Shown in pieces: positions 18,461 to 29,435 of a stretch of 64,000 nt of DNA. Source of the stretch: Chitinivibrionales bacterium (lineage in GTDB: Bacteria > Fibrobacterota > Chitinivibrionia > Chitinivibrionales > WJKA01); assembly GCA_038247415.1 (NCBI GenBank), contig JBBRUX010000003.1, forward strand, positions 74,013 through 138,012, in the 5' to 3' direction. Under the pieces are notes generated by a model. It had not been told where the DNA came from, made no database searches, and saw only the letters and a program-made list of their open reading frames with translations. Each line of letters starts with the position of its first letter. Positions within the stretch are counted from its first letter, which is position 1. Position numbers and translations under genes: made by a program.

Positions 18461-18462
18461 GT

Positions 18463-20004
18463 TTATGCTCCAATTTTTTTGCGTTTGATCCACAATCTAA
18501 CCAGGATTGTTAGTACTGCTGCAATAATAAAGGATGTTCCTGCAAGAAGGCCTTTGAGTCCAAAAAAGAAAATACCTGCAAGCGTTCCCATAGTTGTGAG
18601 CGCAATGGCTCCGATAGCGCCAAAACGTTTAAGATAATACAAGTAGAGATAGTTGCCAAAAGCTGCCGGCCTCTCTCCAAAATAGCGCAACAGCCTAAGC
18701 CCTTCTTGGCTAAATTGACCCGAAAGCCGTTTGTGGCTTGCAAAAAGATTCATCGTATCATTCCAGCCATTTCTGGCAACATACCGTACTAAAAGCGGGT
18801 TTGCAAAACTGGAATGCCGTTCATCGAGCATGATATCGATCATGGGGGGCAAAAGCTCGGTTTCTCCGGGCATGAGGCGATATGCTTGATGTAAATAGGC
18901 AAATGCCCTGCTGTTGTCCCCGTGCTCCCGGTGGAAATCTGCGAGAAACCAATATTCTTCAGAACAATAAGGCTGTTCTGCTGCTATTACTTCTTCAACA
19001 ACTTTTTGCATGGAGGCGTGGTCGCCGCTGGTGCGGAGAAAATGGTAGTAGTCTCTTTTAATTTCGGCATTTTCGGGATCGAGACTTATTGCTTTAGTAA
19101 AGAGTTCCCGGGCGGTGGTTACTTCGCCCTGTTCGGATGTTATGAGCGCCTTGACTCGATGCGCTTCTGCATCGATGGGCGAAATGTCGAGGGCTTTGTC
19201 GACGCTTGCACGTGCGTTGGGATAATCTTCTTTGTTAAGATAAATATAGGCAAGGTCTACGTGCCCCACGGGAGAATTGGGATAGCGGATAATGGTTTGC
19301 CCGGCAAGCGCAATGGCTTCGTCGTTTTTTTCGTTTTGGCACAGGCAGTACACGAGGCGAGAAAGGCTTTTGATATCATTAGGTTTTTTAACCAGATACT
19401 CTTGATACAGAGAAACAGCAAGTTCCGGCTCTCCTGCCATAAGGTAAACATCTGCCAGATTGTCACGAGCTTCATCAAATGTTGGTCCAAGGGCAAGGGC
19501 TTTTAAAAAGCATGTTTTGGCATCTTCCAGATTGCCCAAACGAGTATACACCATCCCACCGTTGCGGTATGTTTCGGGGTTTTCGCTGCCCAGAGATACT
19601 GCTTTTTCATATGCCTCGAGGGCTTTGGGAAATTTACCGGTTTCTGCATAATACCAGATTAGGCTGGTATGCACAATTTCGTAGTTTGGATAGAGCCGCA
19701 AAGCACGAAAAAGATACCGGCCGCCTTTACGAATATTATGAAGTTGGGTATAGGAATAAAAAAGACCAAGCAAACAGTCAAGATTACCTTTGTCGAGGCT
19801 ATAGCACTGCTTTAAATAATCAATTGCCGTTTCGTGTTTGTTTTCTTCTGAGGAAAGTCGTGCAAAAAGGAGATACATTTCCGATTCGTCTTTATAGGTA
19901 TCTTCGTATTGAACCAGCAACTCCCGAGCTTTTTCAAAGAGACCGATATCGATAAGTTCGGTTACCGCATCTGCCAGATCAGGAAAATCGAGCCACTCAT
20001 CCAT
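18463..20004 (-). CDS. Tetratricopeptide-repeat protein with C-terminal membrane anchor
   Basis: Repeated A...Y/F..AL.L.P motifs; two hydrophobic helices at the C-terminus. Confidence 0.85.
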   Translation of the reverse strand: MDEWLDFPDLADAVTELIDIGLFEKARELLVQYEDTYKDESEMYLLFARLSSEENKHETAIDYLKQCYSLDKGNLDCLLGLFYSYTQLHNIRKGGRYLFRALRLYPNYEIVHTSLIWYYAETGKFPKALEAYEKAVSLGSENPETYRNGGMVYTRLGNLEDAKTCFLKALALGPTFDEARDNLADVYLMAGEPELAVSLYQEYLVKKPNDIKSLSRLVYCLCQNEKNDEAIALAGQTIIRYPNSPVGHVDLAYIYLNKEDYPNARASVDKALDISPIDAEAHRVKALITSEQGEVTTARELFTKAISLDPENAEIKRDYYHFLRTSGDHASMQKVVEEVIAAEQPYCSEEYWFLADFHREHGDNSRAFAYLHQAYRLMPGETELLPPMIDIMLDERHSSFANPLLVRYVARNGWNDTMNLFASHKRLSGQFSQEGLRLLRYFGERPAAFGNYLYLYYLKRFGAIGAIALTTMGTLAGIFFFGLKGLLAGTSFIIAAVLTILVRLWIKRKKIGA

Positions 20005-21160
20005 GGAATGGCTCCACTGTATTGCGCGTGCTCACAACGCAGCCTTGTACGAGGTAATATCGTGTTAGCAGTGCCGAAAGGTTGCAGAGAACCTCGTAAC
20101 CAATGGTTTGGCATCTTTGGGCAAGATCATCTACACTAATAGTTTGGTTTCCATCGGTTCCAATAATCGTGGCGATATCGCCTCGTGCAATAGTTGTGTT
20201 GTCGCCAATATCAACCATAATGTAATCCATGGTTACCCGGCCAACGAGAGGGTAGCGCTTTCCCCCTATCAAAATTTCGCCATTATTGGTAAGCCGGCGC
20301 GAAAGTCCGTGTGCATAGCCCACACAAATGGTTGCGATCGTAGTGGCTTTGGGTGTTTGAAATGTTCCCCCATAGCTTATGCGCGAACCTGCTTCTACAC
20401 GGCGCACTTTAACAACAGGGGCACGCAGCGAAACAACGTGCTCAAAGGATGGAACCCATGTCTGCGCAGGATCTGGCTTGCATCCGTAAAGACCAATACC
20501 GCATCGATACGCCGTGGAAAAATGGGGGAGTGTTCGTAATGTTCCGGCAGTATTGGTGATATGTATAATCGGGGGAGTTATACCTTGTTGAGCAAATATG
20601 GCTATGGCATTTATAAAGGAACTTATTTGCTCCTTGGTTACAATTGCATCGGGTACATCTGCTGATGCGCAATGGGTATAGAGCCCCTCTAGGGTGACAT
20701 GTTTCGCAGATTTACATAAAGAAGCAACGTGGGCCGATTCTGAAAATGAGATTCCAAGGCGGTTCATGCCGGTATCGATATGACAATGGGCGATGCAGGG
20801 AATCTTTTGAGATGCAAGTAATGTGATATCCGACAAGTCGTTGATGCTCAAACGGATTCCGTGTTGTGCACAAATTTCGATGTCGTCTGGATGAAATTCC
20901 CCTAGTAGGAGGATCGGTTCGGAGATGGTATAATTGCGCAGTTGAAGCGCTTCTTGTACCGTTGCTACGGCAAAAAAGCGAACTCCCTGCGCTGCAAGAT
21001 GTCGCGCAACTGCGGGTGCCCCCAATCCGTAGGCGTCATCTTTTACAACTGCAATAAGGCTGTGCCCAACTCCTACGGCTGTATTCAATAATGCGACATT
21101 TTGAGAAATTGCATCCAGAGAAATTTCGAGCCAGGGAGTAATCGAGTTGTGGTGTATCAT
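19997..21160 (-). CDS. alr: Alanine racemase
   Basis: [40 protein letters not shown]. Probable ATG at 21160 overlaps the hisI stop. Confidence 0.93.
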   Translation of the reverse strand: MIHHNSITPWLEISLDAISQNVALLNTAVGVGHSLIAVVKDDAYGLGAPAVARHLAAQGVRFFAVATVQEALQLRNYTISEPILLLGEFHPDDIEICAQHGIRLSINDLSDITLLASQKIPCIAHCHIDTGMNRLGISFSESAHVASLCKSAKHVTLEGLYTHCASADVPDAIVTKEQISSFINAIAIFAQQGITPPIIHITNTAGTLRTLPHFSTAYRCGIGLYGCKPDPAQTWVPSFEHVVSLRAPVVKVRRVEAGSRISYGGTFQTPKATTIATICVGYAHGLSRRLTNNGEILIGGKRYPLVGRVTMDYIMVDIGDNTTIARGDIATIIGTDGNQTISVDDLAQRCQTIGYEVLCNLSALLTRYYLVQGCVVSTRNTVEPFHG

Positions 21161-21519
21161 GTTGAAACTTTTTTTGTATGGGTAACGATCCATTCGGTTT
21201 CGCTGCGTTGTCTAAAAAAGCACGAAAAATAGCCTTCGTGACACGCTGCGTCTTGTTGAGTTACTTTAAAGAGAATCGCATCCCCATCGCAGTCGATATG
21301 AACGCTCTTGACAGTTTGAAAATGCCCAGAAGTATCTCCTTTGCGCCATCTCGATTTACGACTGCGGCTGAAATAGACCATAGTGCCTGTTTCAAGCGTC
21401 TCAGCAAGCGTTTGTCGGTTCATATACGCAAGCATGAGCACTTCTCCGGTGAGCGCATCTTGGGCTATTGCGGATACAAGGCCGATGTCATCAAATTTTA
21501 CGCTGTCAAGAATATCCAT
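21157..21519 (-). CDS. hisI: Phosphoribosyl-AMP cyclohydrolase
   Basis: [12 protein letters not shown]...W.KG.TSGH.Q, DCDGD, ACHEG..SCF. Confidence 0.95.
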   Translation of the reverse strand: MDILDSVKFDDIGLVSAIAQDALTGEVLMLAYMNRQTLAETLETGTMVYFSRSRKSRWRKGDTSGHFQTVKSVHIDCDGDAILFKVTQQDAACHEGYFSCFFRQRSETEWIVTHTKKVST

Positions 21520-21542
21520 GACGTATCCTGAATAAAGAAGTG

Positions 21543-22808
21543 TTAGATTCTAATCTGCCCATTGCCTTTGACAATCCATTTATATGTCGTGAGTTCCGAA
21601 ATTCCCATTGGACCCCTGGCGTGCAATTTGTCGGTTGATATTCCGATTTCGCAACCCATGCCGTATTCTCCACCATCTGCAAAGCGAGTGGATGCATTAA
21701 TCATGACCGATGCACTATCAACAGTACTCAGAAAGGCCGTTTGTTCGGTTTTGTTTTCGGATACTATCGCATCGGTGTGATGTGAACCATACGTATTGAT
21801 ATGATCGATGGCTTGTGCTATATCGTCAACAATACGAATCGCGCAGCGCAAGTCGAGATACTCGGCGTACCAGTCGGCCTTCGTTGCTTTCTTGATTGCT
21901 GGGCTCAATTGCTGGCACTGTGTATCTCCATACAAAATAACATTATTTTCGAGAAGCGCATCGATTATTGCTTTTTTGTTTGATCGAGTTAGCTTGGAGT
22001 CAAGCAGAATCGTTTCCATTGCATTGCACACACCAGGACGTGAAATCTTTGCATTTACAGCAATGGCAATGGCCTTCTTGATATCTGCTTTGCTGGATAC
22101 GTAAACATGGCAAACACCTTTATAATGCTTGATAACAGGAATACGCGATTTTTCAACCACCGCGCGAATGAGCCCTTCGCCGCCCCGTGGTATGATAAGA
22201 TCGATATCGTCGGAGAGCGTAAGGAGCGTGTCGATTGCCGCTCGGTCGGTTGTGGGAATGAGTTGAACGCTCTCAGAAGGCAATCCATGCTGTTTCATGC
22301 ATTTCGAAAAGAGCTTTGCAAGTGCAACATTAGAATGAAATGCTTCCGAACCGCCGCGTAAAATAACGGCATTCTGGGATTTTAAGCAGATTGCAGCAGC
22401 ATCAACCGTTACGTTGGGACGTGATTCGTAAATGATCCCAACAACGCCTATGGGAACAATCATACGAGAAATAGAAAGCCCATTGTTAGGTGTACGCTCG
22501 TCAAATAGTGTCCCGATAGGTGCGGGCAGTTTTGCAACCGTTTTTAATCCCGTTACCATAGTAGCAATAGTTTTGTCCGAGAGTTTCAATCTATCGAGCA
22601 TCGCACCCGAAAGTCCGTTTTTAACGCCAAGGACAAGATCTTTGTCATTTTCTTTTTTGAGAAGTTCAGACTCCTTTACTAATGCATCTGCCATTGACAA
22701 TAACACCTTAGAAATGTCGCTACGGGATGCGCCCACGAGAATTCTGCTTGCAGCACGTGCTTTTTTTGCAATGGCAAGTATTGTTTTCTCTGAATAAAGA
22801 GTTTTCAT
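21543..22808 (-). CDS. proA: Glutamate-5-semialdehyde dehydrogenase
   Basis: [46 protein letters not shown]. Confidence 0.95.
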   Translation of the reverse strand: MKTLYSEKTILAIAKKARAASRILVGASRSDISKVLLSMADALVKESELLKKENDKDLVLGVKNGLSGAMLDRLKLSDKTIATMVTGLKTVAKLPAPIGTLFDERTPNNGLSISRMIVPIGVVGIIYESRPNVTVDAAAICLKSQNAVILRGGSEAFHSNVALAKLFSKCMKQHGLPSESVQLIPTTDRAAIDTLLTLSDDIDLIIPRGGEGLIRAVVEKSRIPVIKHYKGVCHVYVSSKADIKKAIAIAVNAKISRPGVCNAMETILLDSKLTRSNKKAIIDALLENNVILYGDTQCQQLSPAIKKATKADWYAEYLDLRCAIRIVDDIAQAIDHINTYGSHHTDAIVSENKTEQTAFLSTVDSASVMINASTRFADGGEYGMGCEIGISTDKLHARGPMGISELTTYKWIVKGNGQIRI

Positions 22809-22892
22809 GCGATCATTCTTTCTGGAACAAGTATTTCTTGTAAAGAATTTAACTCGTTAAAGCTTGTTTTGAACGGGTGTCAGAGAGTCTTT

Positions 22893-23129
22893 TTAATTGA
22901 GGCTGCTGCAACACCCACCACCAGCGGCACTACACGCACCCGCTGAAGGGCATGCCGATTGGCACGACAGAGCTCCTTGCTTCATTGCTATGCCCCCAAG
23001 CACCGACATGAGCTTTTGAGTGTTTTTAGAGCTGCATTGAGGGCAGGGGAGCGTATCATTGGTTATGCGATGTACGAGTTCTTCGAATTTGGTTCCGCAA
23101 TCGGTACAAGAATATTCGTAGATTGGCAT
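22893..23129 (-). CDS. FmdB-family zinc-ribbon protein
   Basis: MPIYEYSC..CG..FE ... CP.C.S; SD AAGGAG. Confidence 0.85.
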   Translation of the reverse strand: MPIYEYSCTDCGTKFEELVHRITNDTLPCPQCSSKNTQKLMSVLGGIAMKQGALSCQSACPSAGACSAAGGGCCSSLN

Positions 23130-23314
23130 GGTGTTCTCCTTATTTTTAGCTAAAAAGACCTGTTGGAATTATGAACAATTCCGATTGGTTTATGGAGTGG
23201 GTGGCTTAAATCTATTTTACCATCTCTTTTAAAATAGCTAACGGAGAGGGGTTCCCTCCAAAATTGTATACTTTGCACTTTAAACGCAGTCAATAATGAT
23301 ATAATTGAAAGGGA

Positions 23315-23722
23315 ATGCGAATGGATGATCCGCGAATTGCAGTGATGCAGAAACGAATGCTGATTCTTAAGTCGATGCCTCAGAGTGCTCATGGAGCCAG
23401 GGAAATTGTGGCCCTCGAGCGGACAATAATGATTCTGCGCCAAGGATCGCCAGCTTCCAAGCCAAAAAGGGGCGCATCGGCAGCAACGCGCAAAAAAGCT
23501 GAACTCGAAACAATCATGGCAGAGGATGATACTCCCGATGAACCAGCAGCGCCTAGTCGCCGCGTTGAACGGTTAGGGGAAAAACGTAGGGTGATCATAA
23601 GAACCCCTCGCAAAAGTGAGCAGGTTCCAGAAGATGAAGATGCACAACTTGAGCGTGAGAAGAAAAAACGCATGGGGGATATTATGCAAATGGTGGGGCT
23701 TACGCATCGCGGAATGAATTAA
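23315..23722 (+). CDS. Hypothetical highly charged protein
   Basis: 135-aa ORF with an AAGGG SD, filling the gap before the tRNA-Glu promoter. Confidence 0.55.
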   Translation: MRMDDPRIAVMQKRMLILKSMPQSAHGAREIVALERTIMILRQGSPASKPKRGASAATRKKAELETIMAEDDTPDEPAAPSRRVERLGEKRRVIIRTPRKSEQVPEDEDAQLEREKKKRMGDIMQMVGLTHRGMN

Positions 23723-23732
23723 TAAAGAAATC

Positions 23733-23761
23733 TTGCATTCGCATAATCAGGGGTGTATATT
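23733..23761 (+). promoter_or_regulatory. Putative sigma70-type promoter of tRNA-Glu
   Basis: TTGCAT-N17-TATATT. Confidence 0.55.
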
Positions 23762-23780
23762 ATACCACTGAAATAATTTT

Positions 23781-23855
23781 GGTCCCTTCGTCTAGTGGTT
23801 AGGACACAGGATTTTCATTCCTGCAGCAGGGGTTCAATTCCCCTAGGGACTGCCA
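23781..23855 (+). tRNA. tRNA-Glu(TTC)
   Basis: Acceptor GGTCCCT/AGGGACT, anticodon arm CAGGA-TT-TTC-AT-TCCTG, CCA encoded. Confidence 0.95.
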
Positions 23856-23858
23856 ATT

Positions 23859-23891
23859 GGCGTCATCAATAATTTGGTGGCGCCTTTTTTT
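23859..23891 (+). terminator. Rho-independent terminator after tRNA-Glu
   Basis: GGCGTCATCAA / TTGGTGGCGCC hairpin followed by a T run. Confidence 0.75.
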
Positions 23892-23910
23892 ATTGCTTTT
23901 TGCAGCTCTT

Positions 23911-23939
23911 TTGACTTTGTCTGGGAGTGGACATATTTT
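23911..23939 (+). promoter_or_regulatory. Putative sigma70-type promoter of yajC
   Basis: TTGACT-N17-TATTTT. Confidence 0.5.
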
Positions 23940-24041
23940 TTAGCTGCATTCTACTCAAGAAATTTGTTTCGGCTGCAATTATCTGATTGCTTCCCCAAAA
24001 TAGATTTATAAATATTACCTTTTGCGAAAGGACTCTCCACA

Positions 24042-24407
24042 ATGATTCGTACTCTTATTGCAGTGCTCTTGTCGGCTACTCCTGTTTTGGCTCAAGCAAA
24101 ACCTGCTGGTGGAATGCTTGAAGGCTTTCTGCCGATGATGCTTGTCATGTTTGCAGCTGTTTACTTTCTCATGATTCGGCCAGAGCGAAAGAAGCAGAAA
24201 AATCGTCTTAAAATGATTAATGAAATTAAAAAAGGCGATAAGGTCGTAACCATTGGTGGAATTATTGGCATTGTTGGTACTGTTAAAGATTCAACTCTTA
24301 CGGTAAAGACCGGCGATGACACTATTGTAGAAGTTCGCAAAAGTGGAATTGCTGAAGTTGTGATTGATAAGGTAGAAACGGCTCCGAGCAAAGATTCTAA
24401 GAAGTAA
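24042..24407 (+). CDS. yajC: Preprotein translocase subunit YajC
   Basis: YFLMIRP..K.QK ... KKGDKVVTIGGIIG. Confidence 0.93.
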   Translation: MIRTLIAVLLSATPVLAQAKPAGGMLEGFLPMMLVMFAAVYFLMIRPERKKQKNRLKMINEIKKGDKVVTIGGIIGIVGTVKDSTLTVKTGDDTIVEVRKSGIAEVVIDKVETAPSKDSKK

Positions 24408-24541
24408 GATCAATTATGCCCTTTGCGCGGCCGTATTCTACAGTGTGCGGTCGCTTTTTTTTAAATTTGTTTGTGTGCGCGCTCTTATTTCACTGTTCCC
24501 AAGCACGTGGCGCCCCTCCAGATACTGGCGAGAGGAAGTTT

Positions 24542-25063
24542 ATGTTTGATGTAATCATATACGGTGATCCCCTGTTACGCAAAGTTTGTTTACCTGTTGA
24601 GCATTTTGATGCGGAACTTGCCCATTTTGTTGATGAAATGATAGAAACAATGCGCGAAAAGGATGGGGTTGGTCTTGCCGCGCCTCAGGTGGGAAATTGC
24701 ATTCGACTTGCGGTTGTGGATGCCACCGTCGGAGAAAATCCGGCTATTGTTCTTATTAATCCTGTTATAACCTATGTGTCGCAGGAATTGTGGGAGTATG
24801 AGGAAGGCTGTTTGTCAATTCCTGATATTCGCCTTAAACTCAAACGACCCGTTCAAATTAGTGTTGATGCAGTCGATGTTAAGGGAAAACCTTTTCATAT
24901 CGAAAAAGCAGAAGGACTCTTTGGGAGGGCGCTTTTTCATGAAATAGATCATTTGAATGGTGTCATGTTTGTCGATCATGCCTCTGCCTTGCAATACCAA
25001 CTCATAAACGGAAAACTTAAAAAATTGGCTCGCTCCCACCGTGTAGCCTCAAAAAAAGCATGA
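24542..25063 (+). CDS. def: Peptide deformylase
   Basis: GVGLAAPQVG, EEGCLSIP, HEIDHLNG. Start at MFDVII after GAGGA (ORF track gives 24416). Confidence 0.95.
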   Translation: MFDVIIYGDPLLRKVCLPVEHFDAELAHFVDEMIETMREKDGVGLAAPQVGNCIRLAVVDATVGENPAIVLINPVITYVSQELWEYEEGCLSIPDIRLKLKRPVQISVDAVDVKGKPFHIEKAEGLFGRALFHEIDHLNGVMFVDHASALQYQLINGKLKKLARSHRVASKKA

Positions 25064-26673
25064 AGTGGGTTCATAAGCGTTTTAGGCTTTTACTACGTAC
25101 GTCTTTTCCACGTTCTTACCAGTCGCGCTTTCGTGTATGCGCATACGTATCTGTGGGTGTATTGCTTTATATTGTAGTTCTTGCTGGATGCGCAGGAACA
25201 CCTTTTCTTTCTCCTAATCCGCCACAGTCACAAGCTGGTTTACACGATAAAAATTCTTCCGAACTGCCGAGTAAAGGTGTTGCTACCGAGCCTCATCATA
25301 ATCAATCAACTCCGGTCGAGGTTGTTGAGTATGCTGATACTCCAAAAGTGGCTCAATCCCCCATTATTGAGACGTTACCAGGGGCAGTTCAATCTTCGCC
25401 GCAAGACTCGCTCAACCCCGATTTTTCGTCGGTCATTGCAAAGCCAGAAAATGCAACCGAAGATACCCTTACGGATGATGTCCCGCCGCCCGTGGCTAGT
25501 AATGCTAAACAATCGGGATTTATGTATGCTTCTCCATCGGGATCAATTCGCGTGCAACTTAAAAAAAAGGTGCGCGAGACCATGCTCTATTCCATAGGGA
25601 ACATTGCTCTGGGTCACGGAGATGCAAAGCGAACTGTTAAGGGGCGCATAAAACTTGTGGCTATTCCCGATGAATATGTTTCGATAGAAAACGATGGTTC
25701 GATAAAGTTTACACTTGCAATGCCTTGCACCCTTTTATCGGTAAACCAATCCAATGTTATTGAGGTTGGGGAAGATAGCTATCGCGGATCTATCATTCTC
25801 GATAAAGATATCGCGGGCACTATCATGATAATTAATCTGGTTGATATAGAATCCTATTTGCGCGGTGTTGTAAGTTTGGAGATTGGTCGGCGCTCCGAGG
25901 CTGAAATAGAAGCCGTAAAGGCCCAAGCAATCGCAGCACGTACTTATGCCTACCGCAAAATGCTCGAGAATACACATTCGGCATTTGACTTGGTTGCAAC
26001 TGTTGCCGATCAAGTGTATGGTGGCTGCAGTGCGGACGCTCCTGTGTGCGATGCTGCAATCAAGGCTACCACAGGGATGGTTCTTACGTTTCATGATAGC
26101 CTGGTCATGGCATATTATCATTCTACCTGTGGAGGACGGACAACTGCGATTTCCGATGCTTGGCCCAATAAGCAAACGGTTCCGTATCTACGATCAATGT
26201 CCGATTTAGACAAGCATGGCCAACCCTATTGTGCTGCATCCAACCATGGTCAATGGACAGATACCTGGAAAACATCGAGATTATCGTCTATAATCAACAC
26301 CTATTCAAAGGCTGCTTTTCCCGAGGATCCGTGCAAGGGCTCGCTCAAACGCATGAGAATTACAGACCGCTTTTCGGATGGTCGTGTCAAGAATTTGGCA
26401 ATTTATACAACCGTTGGAACCTTCGAATACGGTGGGGATAAACTGCGGTTTTTACTACGGCGCGAGATGCCCGGTTTTCCTATCTTGCGCTCTTCATGGT
26501 TTACAATAAAAAGTGGTAATTCATCTGAGGTTGTCTTTGAGGGAAAAGGAAATGGCCACGGTGTTGGTATGTGTCAAATGGGAGCGCTTGGCCGGGCAAG
26601 TGCTGGGTATGGCTATAAAGATATTCTATCTGCCTATTACCCGGGAACCAAGATAGTGGTTTTGCGGAATTAG
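25060..26673 (+). CDS. SpoIID/LytB-domain lipoprotein (putative lytic transglycosylase)
   Basis: Lipobox LAGC, YLRGVV..E, KAQAIAARTY, DQVYGG, YHSTCGG, GHGVGMCQ.GA. Confidence 0.9.
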   Translation: MKWVHKRFRLLLRTSFPRSYQSRFRVCAYVSVGVLLYIVVLAGCAGTPFLSPNPPQSQAGLHDKNSSELPSKGVATEPHHNQSTPVEVVEYADTPKVAQSPIIETLPGAVQSSPQDSLNPDFSSVIAKPENATEDTLTDDVPPPVASNAKQSGFMYASPSGSIRVQLKKKVRETMLYSIGNIALGHGDAKRTVKGRIKLVAIPDEYVSIENDGSIKFTLAMPCTLLSVNQSNVIEVGEDSYRGSIILDKDIAGTIMIINLVDIESYLRGVVSLEIGRRSEAEIEAVKAQAIAARTYAYRKMLENTHSAFDLVATVADQVYGGCSADAPVCDAAIKATTGMVLTFHDSLVMAYYHSTCGGRTTAISDAWPNKQTVPYLRSMSDLDKHGQPYCAASNHGQWTDTWKTSRLSSIINTYSKAAFPEDPCKGSLKRMRITDRFSDGRVKNLAIYTTVGTFEYGGDKLRFLLRREMPGFPILRSSWFTIKSGNSSEVVFEGKGNGHGVGMCQMGALGRASAGYGYKDILSAYYPGTKIVVLRN

Positions 26674-26720
26674 CAGAATTAATTCGCCAAAGCGCTCATG
26701 TTCGGTGTTGTGCTGCCAGC

Positions 26721-27329
26721 ATGAGCGCTATTTATGCTGTATGCTGTAATAAATCCCTTTTTCTCTGGATTAATGCACATGCGGCCTTTTTAGACGACAG
26801 AATAGGGGCTACAATAACTATTTTTGGAGATACCACGGTAGCTGCTGCACTCTATGCCTTTTTTATCGGCAAAAAGCCTGGTGTTTTGTGGGCAGCAATA
26901 CTTTCGGGAATTATAGGTGCACTGTTTACACATACGCTTAAACCCTTATTAGATTTACCTCGTCCTGCTGGCTTTTTTCTTCCAGATTCATTTCATATCA
27001 TTGGTCAAGTATTGCGGAAGCATGCCTTTCCTTCGGGTCATGCGCTTACGGTTTGGGCGCTTGCTGGAGTGATAGTATTGGTATATCGTTTGTGGTGGGG
27101 TAGTATTCTGCTTTTTGTTCTTGCAAGCCTTGTAGCACTCTCACGTATTGCCATTTGGGCACAGCGTATTATCTACCTTTTTCCAATTGGCGCATCATTA
27201 AGCCTCTTTTTTTATAAGACAGGGTACCCAAGTGTAAAAGGGGTTCAGTACATAATTGCAGGAGGTTCCTTTTGCATTGGTATTGTCCTGTACAGAAAGT
27301 TGTGGGGTAAACAATTCATTTTCGGCTAA
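26721..27329 (+). CDS. PAP2-family membrane phosphatase lacking motif 3 (possibly inactive)
   Basis: KPLLDLPRP and FPSGH are present; SR is followed by IAIWAQR instead of xxxxxHxxxD. Confidence 0.65.
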   Translation: MSAIYAVCCNKSLFLWINAHAAFLDDRIGATITIFGDTTVAAALYAFFIGKKPGVLWAAILSGIIGALFTHTLKPLLDLPRPAGFFLPDSFHIIGQVLRKHAFPSGHALTVWALAGVIVLVYRLWWGSILLFVLASLVALSRIAIWAQRIIYLFPIGASLSLFFYKTGYPSVKGVQYIIAGGSFCIGIVLYRKLWGKQFIFG

Positions 27330-27375
27330 GGTTTAAGTAGGTTGTAGTTAAAGACATTAACTCTAAGGAGCACAT

Positions 27376-28353
27376 ATGGAATATCGCAGACTCGGCAATT
27401 CTGGTCTTAAAGTAAGCGCGTTGTCACTCGGCTCGTGGGTAACTTTTGGTCGTCAAGTTTTCTTTGACGACGCCGTTGCTCTGATGAGCATGGCATATGA
27501 TGCAGGTGTTAATTTTTTTGACAATGCAGAAGGCTATGAGGCAGGGCTTTCGGAGACGATTATGGGAGAGGCTTTAGCACGGCTAGGATGGCGGCGCGAT
27601 TCTTATTGTGTATCAAGCAAAGTTTTTTCCGGATGCGTGCCACATCCAACAGTCTTGCAGCGAGGACTGTCTCGCAAGCACATAATGGACGCTTGTCATC
27701 AGGCACTCAAGCGGCTGCAGGTTGAGTATCTAGACTTGTACTTTTGTCATCGTCCCGATAAAGATGTTCCCATGGAAGAAATTGTTACCACCATGCATAC
27801 GCTTGTCATGCAAGGAAAAATTTTATATTGGGGAACATCGGAATGGCCTGCAGTGGATATCATGCAAGCATATGGGATTGCAAAAGCACTGCATATAACC
27901 CCTCCCACAATGGAGCAGTCGGAATATAACATGTTTGCACGCACGCGCATCGAGAAAGAATATGCGCGTTTGTATAGTGATGCAGGCATTGGAACTACGG
28001 TGTTTTGTCCTCTTAATTCAGGTGTTTTAACAGGAAAATATAACGAAGGTATCCCTGCTGATTCACGCATTGGTATGGCTGGTTTTGAGTGGCTTAAAGA
28101 TATGCTTGTAAGCGATGAAGGAAAATCGCGGATTGAAAAAGTGAAAAAGCTATCCGTTATTGCACATGATCTTGGAATATCCATGACGAGTCTTGCGCTA
28201 GCATGGCTGCTTAAAAATCCGCATGTGAGTACTATTATTTTAGGTGCATCTAAAATGGTACAACTCGAAGAAAATTTAAAATCGGTTGCCGCTGTCCCGC
28301 TTTTAAACGAAAGCATCATGAAAGATATCGAAACGATATTGCAGAATCTTTAA
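27376..28353 (+). CDS. Aldo/keto reductase (Kv-beta-like)
   Basis: RRLGNSGLKVSALSLGSWVTFG, FFDNAEGY, LDLYFCHRPD, YWGTSEW. Confidence 0.93.
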   Translation: MEYRRLGNSGLKVSALSLGSWVTFGRQVFFDDAVALMSMAYDAGVNFFDNAEGYEAGLSETIMGEALARLGWRRDSYCVSSKVFSGCVPHPTVLQRGLSRKHIMDACHQALKRLQVEYLDLYFCHRPDKDVPMEEIVTTMHTLVMQGKILYWGTSEWPAVDIMQAYGIAKALHITPPTMEQSEYNMFARTRIEKEYARLYSDAGIGTTVFCPLNSGVLTGKYNEGIPADSRIGMAGFEWLKDMLVSDEGKSRIEKVKKLSVIAHDLGISMTSLALAWLLKNPHVSTIILGASKMVQLEENLKSVAAVPLLNESIMKDIETILQNL

Positions 28354-29435
28354 TTTGATGGAGGGGGAAAAAACCTATCTAATCGCGCGAAGATAGATTT
28401 GTCCCCTTCCAAAACAATTTTCTTTTGAACGAGAGCATCTCGTACATTAATTTGGCGCGTAAAAACTCCTGCCCATGTGGTACTTTCTGCCACAACAAGA
28501 AGGTCGGGATTGGCTTTTTTCTCCTCTGTTCTAATACAGGTTCCCTTGTTAATAACAATGCACACATGATAGTTGATATTAGGGAAATCAAACTGAAGTG
28601 TTGCCTTCATTTTCTGAGTAGCCAAAGGATCTATTGATCGTGCCATTTCGCGCATGAGGATGCGAACATCCGTTGTTACTCGTTCACGTACTGCCTGCGG
28701 ATTTCTCCGGTCTTCCCCCATTGCGTTTACATGTTCCCAATAAATATCCGAATACGCTCTAAAATCATCGATATCCGATGCAAGCGGAATAGCCGCTTGT
28801 TCAAGTGTTTCGGCACTCATGAGTCCCTGTGAAGCCAGTTCAAAGCCCGCGCGAATCGTTGCAGTTTCTAATAACTTAATAGATTTTGGCTTTGCAAGCT
28901 CAAATTGTAAGAGAAAAGATTCATCTCTTTTGAGTAAACCGACAAATTCCATGCTCATTGCATCTGCAAAGAGTTCTAGAGTATTACGCAGACCTTCAAA
29001 GTTTCCAAGACCTTTAAGCGCGCCCACAGAAATTGCAGCAAGCTTTTTAGGCCAGTAGTGTGGAAATCGTAAATTGTTGCAAACAAGGTTTTTTGGCGTT
29101 TGCTTAAAACCAGGTTGCGTGAGGGGAAGTGTTCTATCGAGAAACGTTTTCATGATACCACTCACCGAATAAGCATATAATGGTGTTGACAAGAGAACGC
29201 ATTCTGCATTTTTAAATTCCTCAAGAAGTGTCGCCATCGAATCTTTATGAATGCAACGTCCGGGTGTTTCTATCCAACAGGTGTAGCATCCATTGCACGG
29301 ACGAACATTAAGGTCGGCTAAACGATACTCGATAATTTCGGCATGCGCATCGCGACAACCTTTAAGAAACAAATCGGTTATGTGATCGGTAAATCCTTCT
29401 TTACGGGGATTTCCTCGGATCAAAAGAATTTTCAT
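28350..29435 (-). CDS. Iron-sulfur flavoprotein/flavodoxin fused to a C-terminal SCP2 lipid-binding domain
   Basis: GNPRKEGFT, C..C..CW..TPG.C, STPLY..VSG..KTFLDR; C-terminal LQFDF...PDL.......W......DAL...KI..EGD. Start MKILL at 29435. Confidence 0.8.
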   Translation of the reverse strand: MKILLIRGNPRKEGFTDHITDLFLKGCRDAHAEIIEYRLADLNVRPCNGCYTCWIETPGRCIHKDSMATLLEEFKNAECVLLSTPLYAYSVSGIMKTFLDRTLPLTQPGFKQTPKNLVCNNLRFPHYWPKKLAAISVGALKGLGNFEGLRNTLELFADAMSMEFVGLLKRDESFLLQFELAKPKSIKLLETATIRAGFELASQGLMSAETLEQAAIPLASDIDDFRAYSDIYWEHVNAMGEDRRNPQAVRERVTTDVRILMREMARSIDPLATQKMKATLQFDFPNINYHVCIVINKGTCIRTEEKKANPDLLVVAESTTWAGVFTRQINVRDALVQKKIVLEGDKSIFARLDRFFPPPSN

